64,000 bases of DNA from Phoronis australis (Eukaryota; Animalia; Phoronida). Location: assembly GCA_002633005.1 (NCBI GenBank), contig NMRA01000440.1, positions 95,786 to 159,785 on the forward strand, given 5' to 3'. The translations under genes were made by a program, and so were the position numbers. The notes under the pieces are model-generated. The model was not told the origin of the DNA. It ran no database searches and worked only from the letters and a program-made list of their open reading frames with translations. Position 1 is the stretch's first letter, and each line of letters starts with the position of its first letter. This document shows positions 23,687 to 35,228 of this stretch, piece by piece.

Positions 23687-25410
23687 TTACAATCTTATGG
23701 CTACATAACTATATCTTAACTTTGCGACAAAACAGTCGGTGATGATGTTGTCCTTCCCCTTTATGTGCTTAACTACAATGTCATATTCTTGTAGCAATAA
23801 GCTCCAATTTAACAGTCGCCTGTTATTGTTCTTCATTTTAGATAAGAACACCAATGGATTATGGTCTGTGTAAACCATGAGAGGCCTCTGACCTGTACAA
23901 ATGTAGACCTTAAAATGCTGCAGCGCTAAAATCAGTGCTAACAATTCTTTCTCAATGGTGGAGTAGTTTTTCTGATGCCTATTAAACTTTTTCGAAAAGT
24001 ATGCGACTGGATGTTCAACACCATCTGTGTCACTCTGTTGCAATAACACTGCACCTGCAGCCTCATCACTGGCATCAACAGCAATCGTAAGGGGTCTACC
24101 AAACTCAGGCAATTGGAGCACAGGGTAATGGCATAACATAGTCTTCAATTTAACAAAAACCTCTTGGCAACGTTCAGTCCAATTAAACCTGACAAGTCAG
24201 TGAGAGGTAATGATACATGAGCAAAGTTTTTACAAAACTTGCGATAATATGCAACCATTCCCAAAAATCGACGCAAGGCTTTCTTGTCTGTGGGAACGGG
24301 GAATGACTGAACAGCTTGATCCTTAGCATCTATCGGAGCAACTTTACCGTGCCCAATGACATGACCCAAGTAAGTCATACTAGACTGACCAAACTCACAT
24401 TTACTTAGGTTCACCGTTAAGTTAGCCTCAGTGAGTTTTTGAAATAAAAATTCTACATCTCTAAGGTGGGCTTCCCTGGAATCACTTCCTGTGACAAGAT
24501 CGTCAATATAGGTACTAGTATTGGGTAAGTCCTGAGTAACTGACTGTATCATTCTCTGAAACATCGCTGGTGCGTTTTTCATGCCAAAAGGGAGTACATT
24601 GTACTCGTAGAAACCAGAAGGCGTGACAAATGCTGATAGTCGCCTGGCTCGATCTGTTAACGGGACGCACCAGTAGCCTTTCAGCAGATCAATCTTCGTG
24701 AGAAACTGTGCTGCACCTACCTTATCAATACAATCATCAATAGGAGGTATTGGAAAATCATCGGTCTTACTCACATTATTGACCTTTCTATAGTCAGTAC
24801 AAAATCTTACACTACCGTCAGGCTTGGGTACCAATACACATGGTGAACTCCAATCTGAGTTAGAAGGTTGAATCAAACCATATTCTAACATGAAGTTAAC
24901 CTCACTCTCAGCAAGTTTACACTTTTCTGGGTTCATGCGATATGGATGCTGCTTAATAGGTTTTTCAAACCCTACATCAACATCATGAATTGCAACAGAT
25001 GTCCACTTAGGAACATCGGGAAATAAGTCTCGATATTTCCATATTAACTCCTTCATTTGCAACTTCTGAGCCGGTGCTAAGTGAGACAACTTGGCCTCAA
25101 TGTTCCCTAGAACTTCTGAGTTGGTCAGTTTACAAGGAACCATCTCAGACTTCACTTGAGGCTCATTAGAGTCAACATCGTTGGTAACTACAGAGTTCCT
25201 ATTGTTATGGCAACCCTGACTATCAGCTGTGGCTACAACTTCTATTGACCTATCATGATAGGACTTCAACATATTGACATAACACAGCTGCCTAGCTTTT
25301 CTTCGGTCAGGAGTTTGCACTACGTAATTCAGGTTATTCACCCTTGAGTGTATCACATAGGGACCGTGGAATCTAGCCTGCAGGGGGTTTGACTGTATAG
25401 GAAATAACAC
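23687..25410 (-). pseudogene. Integrase C-terminus, RT and RNase H of the Gmr1-type element (frameshifted)
   Basis: ORFs 24145-25410 (WSSPCVLVPKPDGS, FCTDYRKVN, LPFGMKNAP, YIDD) and 23687-24148 (VDASD, YSTIEKE, YTDHNPL). Confidence 0.9.
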
Positions 25411-25439
25411 CAGAACTTTATCCCCTGGCTTAAACGTTC

Positions 25440-26368
25440 TAGCCCTAGCTTTCCTGTCTTACCAGGTCTTCATCTTTCTCTGACTAGACACAAAGTTTTG
25501 TCTGGCTAATTCACACGCCCTATAAAGTCTATTCTTAAACTTGACTACATAGTCTAACAAGTTCAAGTAACTTTCTTTCTGAGTCCACTGCTCAGACAGC
25601 AGGGACAAAGGTCCTCTAACCTGATGTCCGAATATCAATTCAAATGGGCTACGGACTCCCTAGCCGCAAATAACAACAGTGGGATCCCTTCATCCCAGTC
25701 AGTCTTGTTTTCAAAACAATAAGTCCTCAACATGGCTTTAAGAGTCGAATGAAATCTTTCTAAAGCTCCTTGACTCTCACGATGGTAAGCACTAGAAGTA
25801 ATCTGCTTAACCCCTAACTCATGAGTAACCTGTTGGAACAATCCTGATGTAAAATTGGATCCCTGATCGGACTGGATTTCTCTAGGAAGACCAAATAATG
25901 TGAAGAGCTTAAAGCCTTCACAATAGTACTAGCCTTAATATTCTTAAGTGGAATAGCTGCAGGAAATCTAGTGGTAGCACACATAATAGTCAGTAAATAC
26001 TGATTCCCAGACTTGGCTTTAGGAAGAGAACCCACACAGTCTATGATCACTTTTGAGAAGGGCTCACCGAAAGCTGGGACTGGTTGCAAGGGTGCAACGG
26101 GTGGGTCTAACTTGTGTTTTCCTGCAACTTGACAAGCGTGACAGGTCCGGCAAAAGTGAGACACATCTTTCCGTAGACCGGACCAAAAGAACTGTTTACT
26201 AATTCTGTCTACAGTCTTATTCACTCCAAGGTGCTCACCTAATGGTAAACTGTGTGCCAATGACATGTCAGTCCTATAAACCTTAGGTACCAGGACTTGA
26301 GTAATAACAGCCCAATCTTCATTGCCAGGAAGATCTGGAGGACGCCACTTTCTCATAAGTACCCCCAT
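25440..26368 (-). pseudogene. Integrase of the Gmr1-type element
   Basis: HSLPLGEHLG...CRTCHAC, IDCVG and SAYHRESQGALERFH, with frameshifts. Confidence 0.9.
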
Positions 26369-27242
26369 CGTGGATATAGTACCCTACTGGCACTTTACTA
26401 ATCTCATTAGGAGAAAGAGCCTTGTCTCTCAAATCTCTTAATTCTGTGTCACTATTCTGCTCCTAAATCAATTGTCTCCTAGACAACGATAAACTATCTG
26501 ACATAGGCGATGACACACTAGGTGCCACATCTGATTCTAGAATACTAGACTTCTGCGTAGTGTTACCTAAATCATTGTCAAACAATGAGCTCAGAAATGT
26601 ATCTGACAAACCACAGTTCTGATTATTCACATCAGAGATGTGTGACAAATCCTGACTATGAGTCATAGGATCACTAACACTGTGGGGTTTCACTAAATCC
26701 TCTAATTGAGCCTTCTTGGCGTGAGCTCGAGTCACTGCACACGCAGGAAAAAGCTCAGAGTCTGAGACACTATCATTGGTACTCGGCTCCACAGTCAGCT
26801 GAACAGAGGGGACAACTTTACCACCAGCTAAGTCATTGCCTAGCAACATAGAGACACCCTTAACAGAAAGACTAGACCTAAGTCCTATCTTAACTAGTCC
26901 TGAGACTAAGTCTGATTTCAAAAACATTGAGTGCAATACCCTGAATAAGATTAACTTCACCAGTGGCAGTCTCGGCAGAAAAAGGTAATACACCTTCCAG
27001 CATTAGGGATTGAGACGCCTCGGTATCTCGAAGTATACGAATGGGTACAGTAGCAGAACTCTCATCAAGAGAAACAAAATCCTCCTACACAAAAGGAAGG
27101 AACTCTTCCCTCAAAGGATCAGACATAACTGAGTGCTTTGACTCACGAAGGTAGGTAGGTTTACTAAACCCTACATCACAAGGTGTCCTATTTAATGTCT
27201 TGACAAAGGCATTGGGTGAAGTGTTTGCTTCATTCTTACATT

Positions 27243-28347
27243 TCAGTTTGAAACAATCATGACATGACCAGGTTTCTTGCAATAATTGCAAGACATACCC
27301 GAAAAATCCCTAGTGGACTGTTTACTACCACTACCTTTGTTAACAGTAGTCTTGATCGTGTTGTCAAATGTTTGACTTAAACCAGGTTTACTACCTGTTT
27401 TCGCGAACGAAGTACTAGGAGTACAACTAGTAGCCCTACAAGAATAAGCAAACCTAGACTTATGAGTGAGAGCATACTCATCGGCAAGCTTAGCAGCAGA
27501 CTGTAAACTATCAGCGTCTTTCGCATCAAGATAGGTATTAATGTCATCCTTGACACAGTTCTTAAATTCCTCAACCAAGACCAGATTCTTAAGCTTACTA
27601 AAGTCACCGTAAACCTCCTTGGAAGTACACCAACGCTCAAAATAGACCTCTTTTTCACGAGTCTGCCTATAAGCTTCGGAGACTAACTCATAAATTTTCA
27701 AAATAGCCTGTTTAACTAGATCATAATCCAGAGTCCCCTACGGATAGAGACGAGTAGGCTTGCTGGGCCTTACCCGTAATGACACTTTGCAGCATCAACG
27801 ACTAGCACTGTTTAGGCCAACCTAAACTGTCTGCAACCTTTTCAATGTGCTGAAAGTACTTATCCACTGCAGTTTGGTCAAACGGGGCAACTAACCTAAT
27901 TTCCCTACAAGCCACAGACTTATCTTCAGTTGAAACAGGCGGGATTGATGGATGAACTGACGCCTCTAACTTTAGCTTTTCTAATTCGAACTGTCTCTGC
28001 CTCTCATTTTCCTCTAACTCAAACTGCCTCTGTTTTTCCCTTTCCTCTAACTCAAACTTTCTCTGTCTCTCTTTCTCCTCTAACTGAAGTCGCTTCTCTT
28101 CAAGCTTAAGCTTTTCCAACTCTATGTTAATAACTTTGTCAGAAAACTCACTGACAGGAAGTTTCAACAGCTCACTCTCGTCGAGTCGGTTCTCTTCAAC
28201 CAAGTGCTCAGCAACGTACTTGATAATATCACCCTTCCTAAACTGAGTCTTAACATAAGTGAGTTCTAACTGCTGAGATAGAGGCAGGAGTTCAGGCTTC
28301 TTAAACCCTAAAAGGGCATCGACAGTAGGTGACGCCAAAATAGCCAC
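27243..28347 (-). pseudogene. gag of the Gmr1-type element
   Basis: Coiled-coil ERQRQFELE repeats, AAKLADEY and a CxxCxxxGH knuckle; contains stops and frameshifts. Confidence 0.85.
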
Positions 28348-30539
28348 TGAAGTCCATAGCTGGTTTCAGTCTCCAAAGATAAACACAAGAAAATATTGAT
28401 GACCGAAACGTGGGAGGACAATAAACCAGATATCGAAACGGTTTATCTCCCGGACTGGCCCCCAATTATGTGACATGCACATAATAGAACTCGGTCGGCC
28501 ATTTGTATTCCAAAAAGATATCCCCCTCCCACCTCCGAATTCAAAGAGTCCACGCTGTCCAAAGTGCCATCCATTGCACAAAATGATAACCAATGTCATA
28601 CATGTATTGTATAATGTATTTTAAACATGGAATGTTGTTTTCATACAATTTAGCAATTGTGTGTTAAAATTACAATGCTTGTAATGTCTTTTGAACTGAT
28701 GTGTTACAAAGTTAGAATAAAAAATGATATTGATCTACATGCTCTTATTTATTATTACTCTACTTTTGTTTATGTGGTGAGTATTATATATTATTCATAT
28801 TTATTTTATTCCTTGTCTTTCAGCAACAAGAACTATGATATCAATATTACGTAATATATGATAAAATATTATGCTAAAATATATAAATTACTGTTGTATT
28901 TACTTGATTCTGTAGCTATACTTAGAAAACCATGTGGAAAATGTCATTTTATTGAATTTAGGCGGTTGCTTTCATACCAGTCTTAGCCCTGGCAAAGTCT
29001 TAGTCAATTACAGTTAAATATTATAATTAAATATTATAATTGCATAAACTTCCACGTAAATACAAATGATGTTTCCTCAAGATTGATATTGTATTTTATT
29101 GCTATGCTTACAAAGAGATTTGAAAAATTTTGTTATTCATTTGAATGGCATTTGCTTTCATTCTAGTGATATTGCATCACAATAATTATCGTATTGGCCA
29201 TAACATCGTCAAAAATTATCTTTTGCTCAAGTAAATTATAAATGAAATTCATCAAAATTGGTTTTATGTCTAAAAAAAAACGGTTTTTATTCAAGTTAGT
29301 TACACTCTTCACCCCAGGCTCAGACCTGGTTTGAGGGTCTCCGAATACAACTTGGTCTCCAGCTAACAGGTGGCGCTGTTCCAAAATGTGTGACTAGGCA
29401 AATTACACTAGGACGGCCATCTTGGAATTAAGTATCTTGGATCTGATGGTTGGATGATAGATTCATAGCCATCAGGATACATTTGTTTGATACATCGTAA
29501 AGTAGCAATAGACCATGGGAGCAGCCATCTTGAAATACTGTTTACGCTCAAAAGCTACATCTATCAGAAACTTCAGTAACTAATTCGTAAAGCGCATGGT
29601 CACAATTGAAAAAACTTAAGTCAAATTATACAAAAAATACAAAACGACATGAACTCCGAATTCATCAGACTGTTCTAGGAACTATAATTAACAAAACAAT
29701 AAAGTACTTACTCAGTGTTGGCTAATTTCAAATCCAATACTTTGCAAAAACATAAGAGAGAGATGATATATGGGAGTGCATCTCTACACTTCAAAATGAG
29801 CGGGACTACATACGGGTATTTTACAGCTAATTATCATAACACTACTTCCCTCTGTTGTGTTTTACCACTAACTGTTGTGTCTTTAACAAGAGACCACGCT
29901 ATTCCTACTCTATATAGAATAGAGAGACAGATTACCTGAGAAGATAACCTCTGGTCTTCACACAATAAAACACTCGAGTATGATTTGCAATGATTGAGTC
30001 AGGACATTCCTATGACATTTCCCCTAGATAATCTACCTAATCATCCCATGAAATATACTCTTACCCGGCCATGATATAAGAGTCAGACTATCTAATATAT
30101 ACCCAATATCAGCATAGTCCAAATTACAGTTCCGAATTTTAATTTCCATAAAATATACCCAGAGTCATCCCTATAAAATTCCCCTGAAAGTTCCCCCAGC
30201 CACCCCTTCCCAGTTACCCTCTACTGGGTCTTCTTGGCTGGTTCTGAAACATAGTAAGAGTAGGTAAGGTATGTTGCATCCAATTCCTTGTGGCGCACAG
30301 AATACAGAATACCAATAAACTTCCCAACTGTATCCTTAGAGATGAAAAGAGCCTAGAATTTGATGAAGAATCTAAGTATCAAACCCTCCATGGATCGTTT
30401 TCCCACATGTTCGATGGCCATTTTCCGTCAAAATCCCATAAAACTAGCAGTGACTACAAGTGATTAATCTCCCTACAATACATGATTCCTTCCTCTTACC
30501 AACTTCCATCCTTATTCCTTCTCCCCCTCTTTAATGAAT

Positions 30540-32175
30540 AAAGGACGTCAAGTTATATCGTGAAAGCCCGGACCTCCACTATTTGTTTACACCATTTCCC
30601 TATTAACACGGAGTGTGACTGACACCCCCTGCGCCACTTGGATGATTATAGGGTGCATCCGTTTCAACCAACAACCGCCCAGATGGAATAGCCTTTATCC
30701 CCCGAGCTCGGTCTCCTGCAATTTGACCTAATCCATTTCCCAAAACCGAGAAATATGTGTTGGGGAATGCCTTTAACCACTTGTCCACCACTTGCAGCCC
30801 TCCCGAAAAGAGTGCAATTGAACGGGTGTAGCTCTATCAAAAGAATCGCTGGCTATCTCCAAGAGAATTTCCCCAGCATCTTTCGTCATAGTTGAAACAT
30901 TTCAATAATGGAAAACCACTGGTCTTCCCCTGCCCACCTGTGGTTGATCCCATTCTACCAGGACTGATCTTAAGAAATGTTCCTGCATAAATGACCAATC
31001 CAATTCCCGTGCTTCCACATATATGGACCCGTCAGATCGATACCAATTTCCTCCAATGCAGCAATTGGTAGATCCTCATTGGTTAGAAAGTCCAGCAAAG
31101 TATTCATTTGCTCTTCCACTACCTACTTTGTGTGCAACCCTACAGAAACATTGAACTCTTTCCAATCTTTAACAGTCGAAATCAGAGCCCATTTTTCAGG
31201 ATCGCAAAAGACAGCTATACCCCCTACTACTTCTACATTTACTTTCACCTCACACAGGTTCCGAAGCTGTCTATACACATCTAGAATACTATCCTCTGAT
31301 GAAACTCTATGCCTATCTAGATGAAAATGCGCATCTGCTACCTCTAATGGTACCTGAGGCTCCACCTGAAAGGAAGATGATTTTAACAATTTGCCACTAT
31401 CATCTCCACTATCAGTTAAGTTCAACTCACCCCCTTGGGAACTTCGTAAGGTCTTCAGTAATCGTTGGTGCGGCGATTCCCTTGGCACCATCTCTAGCAC
31501 CCCGAGAAGGAGTCAGGGACTCACTTGGCGCCGACTTCTGCTTCCCGCTTCCGGCAGCAATCCCATGGGAAGGAGGAATAACCCCCGATGAGCTCGTTGC
31601 CGAACTCATCACTGACGAACCCCTTGTCGCCGGCTTCCTGCGAACCGCCTCAGCGTACGTCGTCTCCATCGGCTGATCCCGCAAGCAGTCATCCAACCAC
31701 TTGAACGGGACACACGTCCCAGCCGGCCATCTCTTTCCAGCCCCCGTAATGAGCTGGGACCTGGTGAACGATCGAAGAAGAGACTCCAACCTTTCCGGAT
31801 GCAGTAGGAGTGGCAGGCTTTGCACCTTCCCCAAGGAAAGGCTGCTTGGTCTCTCCAATCCCACATGTTGGCAGATGTTCTTTATTTCCTCTTCCATGGC
31901 GCTATCTTAACTGGATAAGAACGGGCACCCCTTGACCCGTCTCATGAGCGCCCGAGGCCCATCTTCCACCACCTTGGCGATGTCGTGGAGGAACCACATT
32001 CTTTTACGAGATTGCTCCTGGTTCTGCGGTCCCGTTCCCAGCAGGATCTCAGGAGGCAAGTGGCAATCCAAGACGTGTTTCGCCATGTCACGGGTCCTGG
32101 AGGCAGTGAGGACATCCCTTCGCTGGATCCTTCATGCGGCTTCCCGACAGTCTCCCTGCTGACCCCTGGCTGCAG
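30540..32175 (-). pseudogene. Intronless C2H2-like zinc-finger + TatD-family nuclease pseudogene, probably of mobile-element origin
   Basis: All TatD motifs in order: VADAHFHLD, VGLHTK, ALEEIGID, PVVFHY*, VQLHSF, RLLVETDAPY. Upstream CPHC...KHVLDCHLP. Several stops and frameshifts, no introns seen. Confidence 0.85.
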
Positions 32176-32176
32176 T

Positions 32177-32283
32177 CCCCTTGACGTATGCTCATGAAAT
32201 TTTGCACGTGTTCCTTCCGTGTATGGGACGGCGTGAGCGAATTTTCAGACAGCTCCGACAACCGGTGTGCCCCTGGTGGCAAT
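32177..32283 (+). mobile_element. Fragment of the HINE-like repeat family truncating the TatD gene 5' end
   Basis: Similar to 8047-8152 (ttgac.tatg.tcatgaaatt...ccggtgtgcccct.gtggcaat). Confidence 0.7.
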
Positions 32284-32324
32284 ACTATGTCAACACTGGG
32301 GCATTAGCTAATGTTTTCTTAATC

Positions 32325-34882
32325 TCACAAAATGCTTTTTCTCATGGGGATTCCCAATGCCATGCAGGCTTCTGATTTATGAACCTTTTTCATAGTTACT
32401 TTTACGGTTTGAATGCAAGGTTCAACAAAACCATTAGACTGAGCATAATGTGGGCTTGACATCTTACGAATAAATCCCCATTTCTCACTAAACCGACTGA
32501 ATTTCCCACTTGAATAATGGGGACCACCATCAGTAAACACACGCTGAGGTATACCATGCTCACTGAAAAGTGTTTTCATTTTAGATATCACCTCACTACT
32601 GGTTTCATCCCTAAGTTGTCGCACAAATGGAATTTTACTGTAATAATCAGCAACAATAAGGTACGTTTCACCTCCAACATAAACTAAATCTGACATTCTG
32701 CCAAGGAGCAGTAGGCAAATCTTGAGGGATCATGGACTGCTTGATTTCAGTTTTGGTAAACTCTAAACAAACATGACAATTTTTGAGTAGATTCTCAATA
32801 TCTGCATTCATACCAGGCCAGTATACACATGATCTAGCTAAAAGTCTAGTCTTCTCAATGCCTTGAGGGCCTTAATGATAGGATCTCGTCCCTCATAACC
32901 TTTGGAATTATTATGGACCACCTTTCATAAAAATGCCATCCTCAATTGCAATAAAGTCCCGGTTATTCCAATAGGACCTTATACATTTTGGAACCTCATT
33001 AATTGTTCCAGGCCACCCATTAGTGACGTTATTTTTCAACAAGTACATTTCCTGATCATTCTCGACTGCCTCACGTATTTCACAGAGTTTAGGATCCGAC
33101 CATCTCACCGAGTGAATGGTCCTATCTAACCCTACTGTACAACGCGGTTGTGGATTTAATCTAGACAATGCATCAGCTAATAGCAACTCTCTGCCAGGTC
33201 TGCGTACAATGTCTGTCGTAATCTTAGCAATATAGGTTGCAACTGGGAAGGTGCCCGACTTAAAAGTTTCTTTTGAGTTGCCTCTAGTGGCTTGTGGTCA
33301 CACTCTATGATAAAGTGTGAGACATAAACATAGGTATGAAATCTCTCAACACCAAATACGACGGCTAACATCTCCTGTTCTATGTTAGCATTGCTTCTCT
33401 TTTTTGACGCGCAGGCAATCGGCTTTTCCTTACAATCTCGATCAACGTGCACCAAAGTGGCACCTACGCCCTTCATACTAGCATCTACCTGGATGTTTCT
33501 CCAATTCTGGATTAAAATAGCTTAAGGTCACATGTTTAACCAGGTTTTGTTTTACAAAGTTTAATACATTGTCATGATTTGGCATCCATAGCCATGCAAT
33601 GCCCTTTTTAATCAGGTCATGCAAGATTGATGTCTTAACGAGACAAGTTAGGAATAAGTGGATACAAATACTGCACCATACTTAGGAACTGTTGTAAGTC
33701 CCTAACACATGTAGGTGGTGGAAGGTTTATGATGTCAGCTGTGGATCAGGCCGCACACCCTCTGCAGTATAAATCATACCAAAAAATGAGACTTCTGATT
33801 CTTTAATATTACACTTGTCAGGATTGAATACCATACTCTGCAGAAAACGTTGAAAACTAGGAACTGGCATACTGCAGTCCATTGTCACTGACTAGCTCCT
33901 GTGGTATGCCAATTGTCTAGCAAAGATCGAACCTAAATGTGAAATAACACAATGTCAACTTGTGTTTTCCAGACGAGCATTCTGAACATTCCGGGAAAAA
34001 TAATCTACAACAAGCAAGTATTCATGATTGTTAAAGTGAAACAAAACCGAACCTAGCTTTTGCCATGGATAGGTTGGAAATACTGTTGGCATGGGGTTCT
34101 GCCTGATCCAACTTCTGTTTCACACACCATTCACAATGTTTGGAGAGGGTGTGTAAGGCAGAGATGAAGGTATCAACTGAGTCACCTTGTTTACGCTGAT
34201 TGACACATTCGTAGATGACATTTCGTTTAGCAATAAAAAACTGATCAAAACGTTGGAGAACCTTGTCATAGTCATCCTTGTCATCGGCTGACAACAGAAA
34301 AGACTGACATAAGTCCTCCGTAGTGATGCCTAGACTATACACCAAGGTCTTTACTGAACTTGCACTGCCCCTTCCTTGGATACCAAACCTGAGACTACAC
34401 GAAATCGCTCAAAACGTGACCGCCATGTTGGCCAAACTTCCAGCTGCTTGATATCGGAGTTTTCTGGCGGTTGCACTTGAAATGTCACTATTGTACACAC
34501 AAAACCTGGCACGGAACCTTTCAGAACTCCAAAAGACCAACTCTTACATCATGTTGTGTTACCTGTGTGGGTTGAGTGAGCCCAGGTTATTTTGCATTTA
34601 AGTGAGAGCGTTGTACTAACAACGCTTGTCTATTTATTAGACGAATATGCAGCCACCCTGGCGGATGCAATCGTAATCAAATACAGTTTACAGACTGCAC
34701 AACAGCAAGCGCCACGAGGAAAGTGCAATGGTGGGCTGTTTCTTGGTCCGCCAAGATATCAAAGGACCAATAGGACTGAGACTAAAAGTGTACCCAGTAA
34801 AACTTTTTCAGTCATTACGGGACGATGCCCAATGCGCGTCACTGAATCTCTGTAATACTAGTTTATCAGATTTGTTATAACA
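32325..34882 (-). mobile_element. Degenerate, internally deleted Gypsy element(s): putative 5' LTR 34552-34882, gag, RT/RH and integrase
   Basis: Integrase (VADYYSK, FTDGGPHY, SPHYAQSNGFVE), RH (CDHKPL), LADALSR, gag-like YDKVLQRFDQFF; TG...CA LTR candidate with a degenerate PBS tgatgtaagagttgg. Confidence 0.8.
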
Positions 34883-35228
34883 CAGTGTGTAATCCAGAGT
34901 ACCTCTAATATACCAAAGAACATGATTAGCAGCTATCATATGACCCTGCGTGGGCTTCGCCATGTGCTCCCTATCATATGACCCTGCATGGGCTTCGCCA
35001 TGTGCTCTGACAATTTAGTTACTATCCAGCTAATGTCAGGCCTTGTGCAAGACATGGCGTATATGAGACTTCCTACTATCTTTCTGTATTCATTATCGTC
35101 AGCACAAACTTCACTTAAATACAACCTGTTAGCTAGATGTAGACCTTGGTTTGCAGTCAATCATTCCGAAATGTTTAAGTACCTTTTGTAAGTATTGGTT
35201 TTGGCTCATTGTGATTAAGCCATTCTCA

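Larger units (their letters stand above)
23435..28600 (-). mobile_element. Full-length degenerate Gmr1-type Gypsy LTR retrotransposon (gag-PR-IN-RT-RH order)
   Basis: 132-bp LTRs at 23435-23566 and 28469-28600 (7 mismatches by eye); 4-bp TSD CATG; tRNA-Pro-like PBS TGGGGCCAGTCCGGGA; PPT AAGGGGAAAAG; zinc knuckle CNYCKKPGH; protease RDTEAS; integrase HHCC and core; RT YIDD; RNase H DAS...TDH. Confidence 0.95.

Noticed and set aside
29388-30540. 3' LTR matching 34552-34882
   Set aside because: I see no similarity beyond a short tgttgtgt; not supported.
30540-31500. Bacterial contamination or recent horizontal transfer of tatD
   Set aside because: The gene is disrupted, fused to a zinc-finger-like region, contiguous with animal repeats, and has no operon context. 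An ancient origin cannot be judged without a phylogeny.
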